Both the position numbers and the translations under genes were made by a program. Below the pieces are notes generated by a model, which saw only the letters and a list, made by a program, of their open reading frames with translations, was not told the DNA's origin and searched no databases. Shown here one piece after another: positions 30,082-41,310 of a stretch of 64,000 bases of DNA; positions within the stretch are counted from its first letter, which is position 1; every line of letters starts with the position of its first letter. Origin of the DNA: Patescibacteria group bacterium (GTDB lineage: Bacteria > Patescibacteriota > WWE3 > UBA101185 > UBA10185); assembly GCA_018825365.1 (NCBI GenBank), contig JAHJEV010000004.1, positions 27,527 to 91,526 on the forward strand. Reading direction: 5' to 3'.

Positions 30082-30618
30082 ATGGCGGTGAGAAAAGTTA
30101 TTACTACACCAAATCCAATCTTAAACAAAAAAGCTCAAAAAGTGAGTGACATTGATAATGATGTGAGAAGTATCGCCCAAGATCTTCTGGACACCATAAA
30201 GGTAGAAAAAGATCCTGAGGGCGCAGGACTTGCTGCAACACAACTTGGAGAGTCAAAAAGAATATGCGTTGTGAGGCATTTCTATGAAGATCCGATAAAC
30301 CCGGAAAAAATTCAATCAGATGATTTGGTTCTTATTAACCCAAAAATTATCTCCCACTCCAAAGAAACGCAAACCGATTGGGAAGCGTGTTTAAGTGTTC
30401 CAGATAAGTATGGTTTGGTTGAAAGATTTGAAAAGATAAAGCTAACTGCTAAAGATTTAAATGGAGATACTCTTAAGATTAAGGCCGGGAGCTTCTTTGC
30501 AAGGACTATACAGCACGAGGTTAATCATTTAGACGGCATACTTTTCACATCAAAAGTGATTGGAAAAACCATATCTGAAAAAGAGTTTGACAAAATTATA
30601 GAAATGGAGAACAAATGA
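30082..30618 (+). CDS. def: peptide deformylase
   Basis: 'GAGLAATQLG', 'EACLSVP', 'QHEVNHLDG' three PDF motifs. Confidence 0.9.
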   Translation: MAVRKVITTPNPILNKKAQKVSDIDNDVRSIAQDLLDTIKVEKDPEGAGLAATQLGESKRICVVRHFYEDPINPEKIQSDDLVLINPKIISHSKETQTDWEACLSVPDKYGLVERFEKIKLTAKDLNGDTLKIKAGSFFARTIQHEVNHLDGILFTSKVIGKTISEKEFDKIIEMENK

Positions 30619-31565
30619 AAAAAAATTTAAATGTAGTATTTTTTGGAACATCGGACAGATCAATCTCAATCTTAAAATCGCTTAAGAAAAGCTTTAACTT
30701 ACAGTTATGTGTGACAAAAACTGACACTAAAGTTGGTAGAAATCAAGAAAAAAGAGAAACTGCTGTTAAGAAATGGGCAATAAAAAATAGTATTAAGTTT
30801 GCAGAAGTCTCGTCACTAAAAGACAAGGATTTAGAGCAAGTTGCCAAACAAATTGAAAAACTAAAACCCGACTTTGGGGTAGTTACGGATTTCAGTTATA
30901 TAATCCCGCCTGAAATAATAAAGATTTTTGACACTAAACTTATAAACATACATTTTTCACTTTTACCCAAATACAGGGGGGCCAGTCCGGTCCAATTTTC
31001 GATACTAAACGGCGACGAAATGACAGGAATTACATTTTATATTGTGGATGAGAGAATGGATACTGGCAACATAATCAGCCAGATTGGGTATAAAATGTGT
31101 AGTAAAGAAACATCGGGGGAGCTTTACGACATACTTTTTAAAATCGCAGCCGACAAATTACCAGAAATTTTAGAAAAATATTCTCTTTCTCAGATCACTC
31201 CCCTTCCCCAAGATAAAGAATCGGCAACTTACACTTTCTCAAAAACACATCCTAAAAGCACATTCATTTATAAAGAAGATGCACAAATAAATTGGGTCCA
31301 AAAACCGGAAGAAATTGAAAGAATGATACGAGCGTTCAACCCATGGCCCATCGCCTGGAGCTATTTGAAAGATTTGGAAAAAACAAAATGCCTATCAAAC
31401 AGCAAAATAAATATGAAAGAAACTGTCAACAAAAACTTAAAAGTGAAAATATATAGCTCTGATGTTGTAGAGGAAAAACTAAGTATTAAAGAATTACAAA
31501 TAGAAGGGAAAAACAAAATGACCTGGGAAGATTTCAAAAACGGTTACTTAGCTCCTGTTAAATGA
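30615..31565 (+). CDS. fmt: methionyl-tRNA formyltransferase
   Basis: Formyl-transferase N-domain ('NIHFSLLPKYRGASPVQ'), C-terminal domain; 4-nt overlap with def. Confidence 0.9.
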   Translation: MKKNLNVVFFGTSDRSISILKSLKKSFNLQLCVTKTDTKVGRNQEKRETAVKKWAIKNSIKFAEVSSLKDKDLEQVAKQIEKLKPDFGVVTDFSYIIPPEIIKIFDTKLINIHFSLLPKYRGASPVQFSILNGDEMTGITFYIVDERMDTGNIISQIGYKMCSKETSGELYDILFKIAADKLPEILEKYSLSQITPLPQDKESATYTFSKTHPKSTFIYKEDAQINWVQKPEEIERMIRAFNPWPIAWSYLKDLEKTKCLSNSKINMKETVNKNLKVKIYSSDVVEEKLSIKELQIEGKNKMTWEDFKNGYLAPVK

Positions 31566-31813
31566 GCCTTGATATCTTCTTGCTGTTTGTTTGCTGAAGC
31601 GGCCAATAACTCTCTTTCTTCCTTTACTATCCTCTTTAAGCACGAGGAACAAAGTCTAAATTTAACTTTCACACCATTTATTAAAAATCTTTTAATCCTA
31701 AGATTTGCAGATTTTCTGTTGATGGTTCTTCTGGAAACACGATTGCCAATCCCTCTATGAACTAAATTTCCTTTTTGATAAGTTTTTCCGCAGATTTCAC
31801 ACACTCTTGACAT
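31544..31813 (-). CDS. rpmB: 50S ribosomal protein L28
   Basis: 'MSRVCEICGKTYQKGNLVHRGIGNRVSRRTINRKSANL' L28 pattern. Confidence 0.75.
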   Translation of the reverse strand: MSRVCEICGKTYQKGNLVHRGIGNRVSRRTINRKSANLRIKRFLINGVKVKFRLCSSCLKRIVKEERELLAASANKQQEDIKAHLTGAK

Positions 31814-31930
31814 AACATTGTGAATTAAAGCACATAGGGAGTTTAAAAGTCAACCAATTTTGACGCTTATGGGCAAAAATAAAGGTCGGATTTAAAGAAA
31901 TATCCGACCTTTTAGATCGCTAACCACTAT

Positions 31931-32221
31931 TTATGGTAACGATCCCTCCTCGAATCTTATAAAAATTCCGCAGTAGTCAGGACCGGCACACGATCTGCTG
32001 GCAGAGCACGTATCTCGAAATTGACATGTTTGCATGGGATCCGTTTCTGCCTCGGGCTTCTCGCATTCAAAATGCACACCAGCAGCGGGGGTCCCAAATA
32101 TTTGTTTCAGTTCCCTCCACAACCCCTCTGACTTGTAAGACTTTTTGCGATTTTCCTTCTTCCCCATTCTGAAAGAATCTCCACTGACACTTCCCTTTTT
32201 CCTACTACCTTTCTTTTTCAT
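31931..32221 (-). CDS. hypothetical small protein, Lys-rich N-terminus and Cys-rich C-terminus (or mis-called GC-rich non-coding segment)
   Basis: 96-aa ORF; locally GC-rich with many inverted repeats; no homology recognised. Confidence 0.3.
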   Translation of the reverse strand: MKKKGSRKKGSVSGDSFRMGKKENRKKSYKSEGLWRELKQIFGTPAAGVHFECEKPEAETDPMQTCQFRDTCSASRSCAGPDYCGIFIRFEEGSLP

Positions 32222-32383
32222 TTTTTCTCTCCTTTTCTAATCAGAATAGTTGGTCCAAACATAGTAACACCAAAACGTTGTCAAATCAACTTATTAAAAC
32301 TTTTCCCTATCAAAAAATACAAAAATAAGTTAATATGCTAAAATCTTAAAGCAGGGGCTACCTTGATAATTAAGCGTAGATTG

Positions 32384-32458
32384 GCCGTCTTAGCTCAACG
32401 GTAGAGCAGACGCTTTGTAAGCGCCAGGTTGTGAGTTCGATTCTCACAGACGGCTCCA
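32384..32458 (+). tRNA. tRNA-Thr (anticodon UGU), CCA encoded
   Basis: Cloverleaf: acceptor GCCGTCT/AGACGGC, D-arm GCTC..GAGC, anticodon loop TTTGTAA, T-arm GTGAG-TTCGATT-CTCAC, 3' CCA. Confidence 0.8.
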
Positions 32459-32487
32459 GTTTAAATTTCGAAAGAAGGTAGAAAAAT

Positions 32488-32787
32488 GTGAAAGGTTTTA
32501 TTGATTTTATTAGAAAACAAGGAGTAGTAGGCCTCGCAGTAGGTTTTATATTGGGCGGTGCTGTATCGGGTCTTGTCTCATCCATCGTTATGGATCTAAT
32601 CAATCCATTAATAGGTTTAGTGCTTGGGAAAGCCGGTAATCTTCAAACTGCTTTCATCAGTGTTGGATCCGCAAAACTAATGGTAGGAAATTTCATAGCT
32701 ACATTAATTGACTTTATAGTCATAGCTTTAGTCGTTTACTTTGGTGTTAAGTCTCTGGGTCTGGATAAACTAGACAAGAAAGACTAA
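32488..32787 (+). CDS. mscL: large-conductance mechanosensitive channel
   Basis: 'FIDFIRKQGVVGLAVGFILGGAVSGLVSSIVMDLINPLIG' canonical MscL TM1; GTG start. Confidence 0.85.
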   Translation: MKGFIDFIRKQGVVGLAVGFILGGAVSGLVSSIVMDLINPLIGLVLGKAGNLQTAFISVGSAKLMVGNFIATLIDFIVIALVVYFGVKSLGLDKLDKKD

Positions 32788-32803
32788 ATTGACAAAACAC
32801 AGT

Positions 32804-32878
32804 GCCTGGGTAGTTCAGTGGTAGAACGCTTCCATGGTAAGGAAGAAGTCGAGAGTTCGACTCTCTCCCCAGGCTCCA
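32804..32878 (+). tRNA. tRNA-Thr (anticodon GGU), CCA encoded
   Basis: Acceptor GCCTGGG/CCCAGGC, anticodon stem CTTCC/GGAAG with loop ATGGTAA, T-arm GAGAG-TTCGACT-CTCTC, CCA. Confidence 0.75.
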
Positions 32879-32978
32879 TTATTTGTATCTTTGTTTGCTT
32901 TTTTTAAATATCAAAAAATCCGAGTAGTTAATTGAGGTATTTAAATTACTTTAACCCAGCATCCAAATATCCCATAGC

Positions 32979-33007
32979 TTGACAATGAAAATTAGAAAAG
33001 ATATAAT
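32979..33007 (+). promoter_or_regulatory. perfect-consensus sigma70 promoter TTGACA-17-TATAAT
   Basis: -35 TTGACA at 32979-32984, 17-nt spacer, -10 TATAAT at 33002-33007; no ORF downstream on this strand. Confidence 0.6.
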
Positions 33008-33013
33008 CCTGGT

Positions 33014-33219
33014 ACCTTGAATAGGTAGCTCGCTTCTGCATTACCAAGTTTGTAAGGGTTAAATGGGGTGATTGAACCAGGCTTTAGTAGCTTTAGTGGT
33101 GTATTTACTAGTAGTGATTTAGTGTCAACCTACCCCATCCCCACGGCAATGGCAATGTATGAGCTACCTTAAAAGAATTCGACCGTGTACATATCTGCTC
33201 TTTGTATACGGTCTTTTTT
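33014..33219 (+). ncRNA. candidate ~205-nt small non-coding RNA (consensus promoter to intrinsic terminator), family unknown
   Basis: Bounded by the promoter above and the terminator GACCGTGTACA...TGTATACGGTC + T6 (33181-33219); no ORF of 60 aa or more; internal pairing CCTGGT/ACCAGG. Confidence 0.4.
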
Positions 33220-33323
33220 GTTTCTCCCCCGATAACAATCGCTTTTAAACCTTCCCCTACTCTAATTTTGTACAAAAAAATCCGGCCTTTGAAAAATTAA
33301 TTCCAAAAAGCCGGATGGTGAGG

Positions 33324-33686
33324 TTAAGAAGATTCTCCGTTCTCCTCTTCCTCTTCATTCCCGTCTTTTTTCTTTTTTGTAAGCTTGATTTTCGAGCCCC
33401 CAAACATTTGACCGATTGATAGCCCAATGGGAATCATACGAACTATCAACTCGAATCTCAGATGCTGGAAGTCCTTCGTGTACAAACCAGCCAACCAAGA
33501 AGGGCTTACAGAAAAGCTACAAAAAAAGACAAACACCAAGATGAGGATGGCCCATCTTAGTCTGATATCGGGGTTTAATAATTTCCCGATAATAATGTAC
33601 CCCAAAAGAAAGGATGCTACCAAAACCAGCAAACCCCCTAAGGATACCGCAAGAGCCCCTTTCCCAATAAGTAAGAATGCGTCCAT
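33324..33686 (-). CDS. small integral membrane protein (120 aa, ~3-4 TM helices, acidic C-terminal tail)
   Basis: Hydrophobic segments; ORF. Confidence 0.5.
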   Translation of the reverse strand: MDAFLLIGKGALAVSLGGLLVLVASFLLGYIIIGKLLNPDIRLRWAILILVFVFFCSFSVSPSWLAGLYTKDFQHLRFELIVRMIPIGLSIGQMFGGSKIKLTKKKKDGNEEEEENGESS

Positions 33687-33767
33687 CTTTTCTCTCCTTT
33701 ATTTTATAGGATATAGCAATTGTAAGCCAAAACAGCCTTTTTGTCGAAACTATGGGACTATGCTAGT

Positions 33768-33803
33768 AATTGAAAAAAAGAAAAACCTCGCAATTGCGAG
33801 GTT
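33768..33803 (-). terminator. intrinsic terminator/attenuator hairpin (AACCTCGC-aatt-GCGAGGTT + T-rich tract on minus strand) inside a ~370-nt structured leader
   Basis: Perfect 8-bp palindrome at 33784-33803, followed on the minus strand by TTTTTCTTTTTTT; upstream minus-strand GNRA hairpin CGAAAC-GAAA-GTTTCG and other helices. Confidence 0.5.
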
Positions 33804-34054
33804 ATAATATCTCCCCGATGTGTCGATCCACCAAGATCGGATCTCCGTTTGAGTTTAGATGGGTTCCAAGAATCGAAACTTTCGTTTCGAGAACTTTAGA
33901 TCCCGCTCGAAGATCTAACGATGGAAGATACTACACGACCTTCGGTTTACCCGAGCACACCAGGTTTGCTCGTTTGAGCATTAATAAAATCTTAGCAACA
34001 TCAAGGACATTTGTCAATCTTGCCGTCTTTAGTATTTGCCTTTATAAAGGGAGA

Positions 34055-34657
34055 TTATAACCCTAGTAATTTCATTGATAAATCAACCAAAGGTGACAGT
34101 ATAAGAGAGGTCGTATTCGTGAAAACTAGAAACAACAAAATGAACATTCCATACCTTTGGATCTCTTGCCACTGTATAGCTAAATTCATGGGAAGAAATC
34201 CATACACAATTTTATTTCCATCTAAAGGACCAACTGGAATTAAGTTAAAAATTCCTAAAATAAGATTATAAAAAACTACTAAGTACAAAAAACCTCCGAG
34301 TAAACTACCTGCGCTGACAAGTCTTATTATTAGCGAAGCAGTAATTGCCAATATAAAATTAGAGGCTGGTCCGGCAAGAGAAATGAGTGCGGCATCCCTT
34401 CTTGGATTTTTTAAATTTAAAGGGTTAAAAGGAACAGGCTTTCCCCAACCAAACCTTGCAACAAGAAGAAATAGTGTACCCAAAGGATCTAAATGCGCGA
34501 GTGGGTTTAACGTTAATCTCCCCATGTTTTTCGCGGTCGGGTCACCAAGCTTATCAGCAACAAAAGCATGTGAAAACTCATGGAAAGTCAAAGACACTAT
34601 TAAGGCTACCATTAATAGTATTCCCAACTGCGGATTTTGAGTAAAAATATCTAGCAT
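34055..34657 (-). CDS. site-2 protease family membrane metallopeptidase (M50B-like)
   Basis: 'FHEFSHAFVADKLGDPTAKNMGRLTLNPLAHLDPLGT' HExxH within TM and downstream 'NPLAHLD' motif typical of the SpoIVFB/S2P family. Confidence 0.75.
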   Translation of the reverse strand: MLDIFTQNPQLGILLMVALIVSLTFHEFSHAFVADKLGDPTAKNMGRLTLNPLAHLDPLGTLFLLVARFGWGKPVPFNPLNLKNPRRDAALISLAGPASNFILAITASLIIRLVSAGSLLGGFLYLVVFYNLILGIFNLIPVGPLDGNKIVYGFLPMNLAIQWQEIQRYGMFILLFLVFTNTTSLILSPLVDLSMKLLGL

Positions 34658-34671
34658 ATCCTTCCAGCATT

Positions 34672-34706
34672 ATATCATTGAGCTTAAAAAAGAATCATGC
34701 TAAAAT
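34672..34706 (+). promoter_or_regulatory. sigma70-like promoter (TTGAGC-17-TAAAAT) for the secE-nusG-rplK-rplA cluster
   Basis: Good -35/-10 with 17-nt spacing; overlaps the ORF-caller's upstream ATG, so the true secE start is probably at or after 34705. Confidence 0.45.
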
Positions 34707-34899
34707 GTGCGGCGTGAGCAAGGTCATTAAATTCTTCAACCAGTCATTAGAAGAACTGAAAAAAATTCAGTGGCCCAGTAAGAAAGAAACCGTCCGACTT
34801 ACAGGCCTCGTCATTGGAATCAGCGCATTCGCTGGTTTGGTGATAATGTTATTTGACTATATATTTAAAAGGTTGTTGACCTTGCTACTTACAAAATAA
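34705..34899 (+). CDS. secE: preprotein translocase subunit SecE
   Basis: Single C-terminal TM 'LTGLVIGISAFAGLVIMLFDYIF' preceded by 'KIQWPSKKETV'; immediately upstream of nusG. Confidence 0.75.
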   Translation: MCGVSKVIKFFNQSLEELKKIQWPSKKETVRLTGLVIGISAFAGLVIMLFDYIFKRLLTLLLTK

Positions 34900-34901
34900 A
34901 T

Positions 34902-35633
34902 ATGGATCAAAACATGGACCAAACAAATCCAAATACAAATGATCAAAGTACCGATCAAAACGATCAGGTTAGCCCCGCTGTACCTGAAGAAACTACTGTT
35001 GAACAGCCTGAAAATAAAACGGAGGAAAAAGAGGCAGGTGAAGTAGAGGAAGAAAAGGAAGAAGAAGCTGATGAAGAAACTGTCATTGTTGTAAACAAAG
35101 ATGTAGCAGAAAGTGCTCATTGGTACGTTGTCCACACATATTCTGGACACGAAAGCAAGGTTGCTGTGACACTAAAAGAAAGGGTTGTAGCGTCGGGTCA
35201 TTCAGATAAAGTGTTTAAAATTTTTGTTCCCCACCAGCAAAAAATAGTTGTGTCAGAAGGCAAAAAAAGATCGGTTGATGAAAAACTTTTCCCCGGGTAC
35301 TTAATGATACTGATGACCATGGATGACGAAAGCTGGTACATAGTAAGATCGACACCAGGGGTAACGGGATTTGTAGGCATGGGCTCAGAACCCACTCCCC
35401 TTCCTGAATCAGAAGTGCGAACCTTAATGAAATTTGCTAAGATGGAGGCTCCGAAATTTGAAGCCAAATTTAGAGTCGGAGATTCTGTAAAAGTAAACGA
35501 CGGACCTTTTAAAGATTTCTTGGGTAAGGTGGATGAGGTTAACGAAGAACAAGGAAAAGTAAGAGTGTTGATTTCAGTTTTTGGAAGGGAAACTCCGCTG
35601 GAATTGGACTTCGCCCAAGTCTCCCAACTTTAA
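34902..35633 (+). CDS. nusG: transcription termination/antitermination factor NusG with acidic N-terminal extension
   Basis: NGN domain 'WYVVHTYSGHESKV' and KOW motif 'FRVGDSVKVNDGPFKDFLGKV'. Confidence 0.9.
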   Translation: MDQNMDQTNPNTNDQSTDQNDQVSPAVPEETTVEQPENKTEEKEAGEVEEEKEEEADEETVIVVNKDVAESAHWYVVHTYSGHESKVAVTLKERVVASGHSDKVFKIFVPHQQKIVVSEGKKRSVDEKLFPGYLMILMTMDDESWYIVRSTPGVTGFVGMGSEPTPLPESEVRTLMKFAKMEAPKFEAKFRVGDSVKVNDGPFKDFLGKVDEVNEEQGKVRVLISVFGRETPLELDFAQVSQL

Positions 35634-35653
35634 TTTGATAGAGGAAATAAAAT

Positions 35654-36094
35654 ATGCCGACAGTTAAAAAAGGTAAAAAAATAAAAGCAATAGTAAAACT
35701 TGCAATTGAAGCCGCAAAAGCAACCCCGGCACCTCCGGTTGGCCCCGCACTTGGCCAACATGGAGTTCCTATTATGGAATTTTGCAAGGAATTTAACGCC
35801 AGAACAACAAAAATGGAAGGCAACGTTATACCAGTTTTGTTAACTGTTTTTGAAGACAGGACTTTCAAATTTATAACAAAAACTCCGGTTTCTACGCACT
35901 TAATCAAAAAGGCGTTACAAATTCAAAAAGGTTCCGCAACCCCCAACAAGGAAAAAGTTGGAAAACTTACAAAGTCACAGCTTGAAGAAATCGCAAAAGT
36001 AAAAATGCCGGATTTAAATACTAAAACATTGGAAGAAGCCGTAAAAATAATTGAAGGGACCGCAAAGTCCATGGGAATTGAGGTTGAAAAATGA
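35654..36094 (+). CDS. rplK: 50S ribosomal protein L11
   Basis: '[36 protein letters not shown]' canonical L11. Confidence 0.9.
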   Translation: MPTVKKGKKIKAIVKLAIEAAKATPAPPVGPALGQHGVPIMEFCKEFNARTTKMEGNVIPVLLTVFEDRTFKFITKTPVSTHLIKKALQIQKGSATPNKEKVGKLTKSQLEEIAKVKMPDLNTKTLEEAVKIIEGTAKSMGIEVEK

Positions 36095-36735
36095 AAAAAG
36101 AAAGAGAATCACAAGCATACCCAGTTGGCGAAGCTATCAAAAAAGTAAAAGCCGGATCAAAGGCTAAGTTTGATGCAACAGTTGAACTTCACATAAATCT
36201 TGATATTGATCCTGTTAAACAAAATGTCAGATTTCAAGCCAACCTTCCACATGGAACAGGAAAGACAAAGAAAGTTGCAGTTTTATCTTCTAAAAAAGTT
36301 CCCACCGCGGACATTTCTCTTAGCGAAACAGACCTTCCGAAAATTGAAAGCGGGGAAATCAAACCAAAAATCGATTTTGAAGTTCTTATAACAGAACCAA
36401 AGTACATGCCAATACTTGCAAAATATGCAAAAGTTCTTGGTCCCGCAGGTGTAATGCCAAATCCCAAAAACGGAACTGTCTCAGATGACGTTGAAAAAGC
36501 TATAGAGCAAATCAAAAAAGGGAAAGTGGACATTAAAACCGAAAAGGATGCCCCGATAATCCACACTATAGTAGGTAAAGTTAATTTCGAAGATAAAGCT
36601 TTAGAAGAAAACCTGATGGAAGTTATAAATATCCTGAAACAGAATAAGCCTCCAAAGACAAACCCGATCTGGATTAAAAGTATCTACATCGCCTCTTCGA
36701 TGGGACCGTCAGTTAAAGTTGCTTTGGAACTATAA
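36091..36735 (+). CDS. rplA: 50S ribosomal protein L1
   Basis: L1 pattern; 4-nt overlap with rplK. Confidence 0.9.
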   Translation: MKKERESQAYPVGEAIKKVKAGSKAKFDATVELHINLDIDPVKQNVRFQANLPHGTGKTKKVAVLSSKKVPTADISLSETDLPKIESGEIKPKIDFEVLITEPKYMPILAKYAKVLGPAGVMPNPKNGTVSDDVEKAIEQIKKGKVDIKTEKDAPIIHTIVGKVNFEDKALEENLMEVINILKQNKPPKTNPIWIKSIYIASSMGPSVKVALEL

Positions 36736-36747
36736 ATTCAACCTCAT

Positions 36748-37014
36748 CTAAATTCCGATATAGATATCAACTTTGTTAGCTATTACGTATAAAACGCCTT
36801 TTTCAAAATCAAATCTTTTTTCTGTAGGAAGCCCCTTATCGATAATGACGTAGTCCCTCACTAACGTAATAAAATTAGTATGCAGTAAGAGAATGTCAAA
36901 AACACCACTTTCATTCTTTGAGGTCAGTGTTAATACATTGCCGTCATAGAGTATCTTATTTTTTGATTTTATAGAAACATATAATTGCTTTGATTTGCCC
37001 AAAACATCTGTCAT
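36748..37014 (-). CDS. atpC: F1Fo ATP synthase subunit epsilon
   Basis: 88 aa directly downstream of atpD; 'SGVFDILLLHTNFITLV' beta-sandwich region. Confidence 0.7.
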   Translation of the reverse strand: MTDVLGKSKQLYVSIKSKNKILYDGNVLTLTSKNESGVFDILLLHTNFITLVRDYVIIDKGLPTEKRFDFEKGVLYVIANKVDIYIGI

Positions 37015-37018
37015 GGTG

Positions 37019-39275
<2,257 letters not shown>

Positions 39276-39279
<4 letters not shown>

Positions 39280-40781
39280 GGTCTAACTTTCTCCAAATAA
39301 TCTATAATTTCCTTGTGTTGAGCACTAATCTTACCCAATAGCTGGTTAAAATCCTCGCAGGAATCTATTAGTTTTTTAACCTTCCCTTTGAAAACGGGAT
39401 CTTTGTCATACAGTTTCTGCGCTTGTGACTTGTAAAACCCAATCTTACCCTGAGTTTCCTCTCTCAAAACGCCAGACCATATGAGAACAAAGAGAACTAT
39501 CTGGACATCAGTCGAGTATATTTCCTCGGTTGTCTGGTCAAAAAATTGATTGAGCCTCTTTCCCATTTCTAAAGTCGACTTAATACCCTCATTAAGCTCC
39601 GCTCCGAAGTGAATAAACCTTTCAGTTTTACTATGCAAATAGAAAAAGCTTGAAAGCTCTCTATTAATACCCCATCTGACTTTGTTTTGAGTTTGCCTGC
39701 CAACTCTAGTGACGGAAAGGAAATAATTAATAGCGGGCCTTTTCCCCTCCCTGTAAACAGCCTGGTCGAAAAAAATATGCCCGTCTGTTATAGACATCAA
39801 ATTGGTTTGAATGTAGCCGGTTATGTCACCTTCTATCGCCTCGGCAAGAGGGAGACATGTTATGGATGCAGCTTTGTTGTTCCCAATTTTGAAATTCCCC
39901 GCGCGTTCCAAAAGTCTTGAGTGTGCGTAAAATACATCTCCAGGATATGAGTCTCGTCCAGGAAACTTTTTTGAAATAAGTGACAATTCCCTATAATACT
40001 TAGCATGAGTAGACAAATCATCCAAAATTACTAGGACATCTTTACCTTTATCTCGAAAATATTCAGCTATTGTCATAGCAGTATAAGGTGTTAGGTATAT
40101 GTATCCAATTGGATCCGATGAAGCAGAGCCTACAATTATTACCCTATCTCGTAAACCAAGATTCTTCAGCTGTTCTTCAATTTTTTTAATTGAGTGTTTC
40201 TTCTTCCCGATTGCAGCATAAATACAAATTGTTCCAAGTTTTGCCTGAGACATGAGAGTTTGCAAAACAAAGGTAGTTTTACCGGTATTTCGGTCTCCTA
40301 TAATAAGCTCTCTCTGACCCTTACCCAGCGGTATTAGAAAATCAACCATCGAAACTCCGGTTTCCATGGAAACACTAATCCTTTGTCTCATATCAATTGT
40401 TGGCGGTACAGAATCAATGTTTCTGTGCTCTTCTATGCCAACAATAACTTTGTTTTCATAAAGAGACTCGCCCAAAGAGTTTAATACTCCCCCCAAAAGT
40501 CCCTCCCCCACCGGAATTTGAAGTATCTCGGCAGACCGTGATACCTGTGTCCCAACAGAAACCGCCTCGCTACTAAAAACCATAATCTCAACATAGTCAT
40601 CCAAAAGAGAGGTTACAACACCCATACACCCAGATTCAAAATAAACTAGTTCCGAAAGTCTCGCATTAGGCAAACCATTAACATAGACAACGGGATGCTT
40701 GACTTCCTCAACAAACCCAGTTTCCTTTGTTTTATCTAAACACGCAGCATATTTTTCCTTATAAGTATTGGTTAATGACAT
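39276..40781 (-). CDS. atpA: F1Fo ATP synthase subunit alpha
   Basis: 'IGDRNTGKTTFVLQTL' alpha-type P-loop; 501 aa. Confidence 0.9.
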
Positions 40782-41259
40782 CTTTTGTCCTAAGATAATT
40801 AGCGATAACTGAATTAAATGTTAAATTGACATACTTACCACCAATAAAAAACTTCGCCCCACCTTTAAGTTTGGGGTTTAATTCAATATCCAACACAAAG
40901 TTTCCAAAACCAGACTCCTTTATTGTTTCGTGGGCTTCGTTTATAAAATCCTGTGACGGTTCGAATGCAATTTCTATTTTTACAAGTTCAGCCCCAGACA
41001 CCAGCTTTGTTAACTCCTCAAGCACTGCTCTAACGGACTTGGGACTCACATTTCCTGAGATCTGCCTGCAGATTTTTTCAAACCACAAAGGTTTAACTTT
41101 GTACTCTGCCTTTAACACAGCCTCACTAATGCATTTATCTACAATGTTTTTATCAAACTTCTCAGTCCCATACGTTTTTTCTATTACCATGCCAGCAAAT
41201 TCATAAAATTCATTCGCCTCATCTTTTGTTTTTATCAGAGATATAAAATCTTCCTTCAT
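40759..41259 (-). CDS. atpH: F1Fo ATP synthase subunit delta (OSCP)
   Basis: 166 aa upstream of atpA in operon order. Confidence 0.65.
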   Translation of the reverse strand: MKEDFISLIKTKDEANEFYEFAGMVIEKTYGTEKFDKNIVDKCISEAVLKAEYKVKPLWFEKICRQISGNVSPKSVRAVLEELTKLVSGAELVKIEIAFEPSQDFINEAHETIKESGFGNFVLDIELNPKLKGGAKFFIGGKYVNLTFNSVIANYLRTKDVINQYL

Positions 41260-41310
41260 AATCTTTAAACCTGTCTTCTGGTCCGCAATTTGTGAAATAT
41301 TGTTACAAAA

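Noticed and set aside
32370-32603. 77-aa minus-strand ORF
   Set aside because: Overlaps tRNA-Thr and the mscL start, so it is spurious.
31931-34054. Identification of the GC-rich and structured segments as RNase P RNA, tmRNA or SRP RNA
   Set aside because: The diagnostic P4 'AGGAAAGUCCGGGCU', tmRNA tRNA-like ends/tag ORF, and SRP 'GGAA…AGCAGCC' helix-8 motifs are not present. A 10-mer (CGTGTGCCGG) shared with E. coli 4.5S was judged coincidental.
33770-34060. 96-aa plus-strand ORF
   Set aside because: Sits in the structured intergenic leader between two minus-strand genes, so it is more likely RNA structure than protein.
34678-34704. Upstream ATG of the secE ORF as called
   Set aside because: It lies inside the TTGAGC-17-TAAAAT promoter, so the start was moved to 34705 (or a following GTG).
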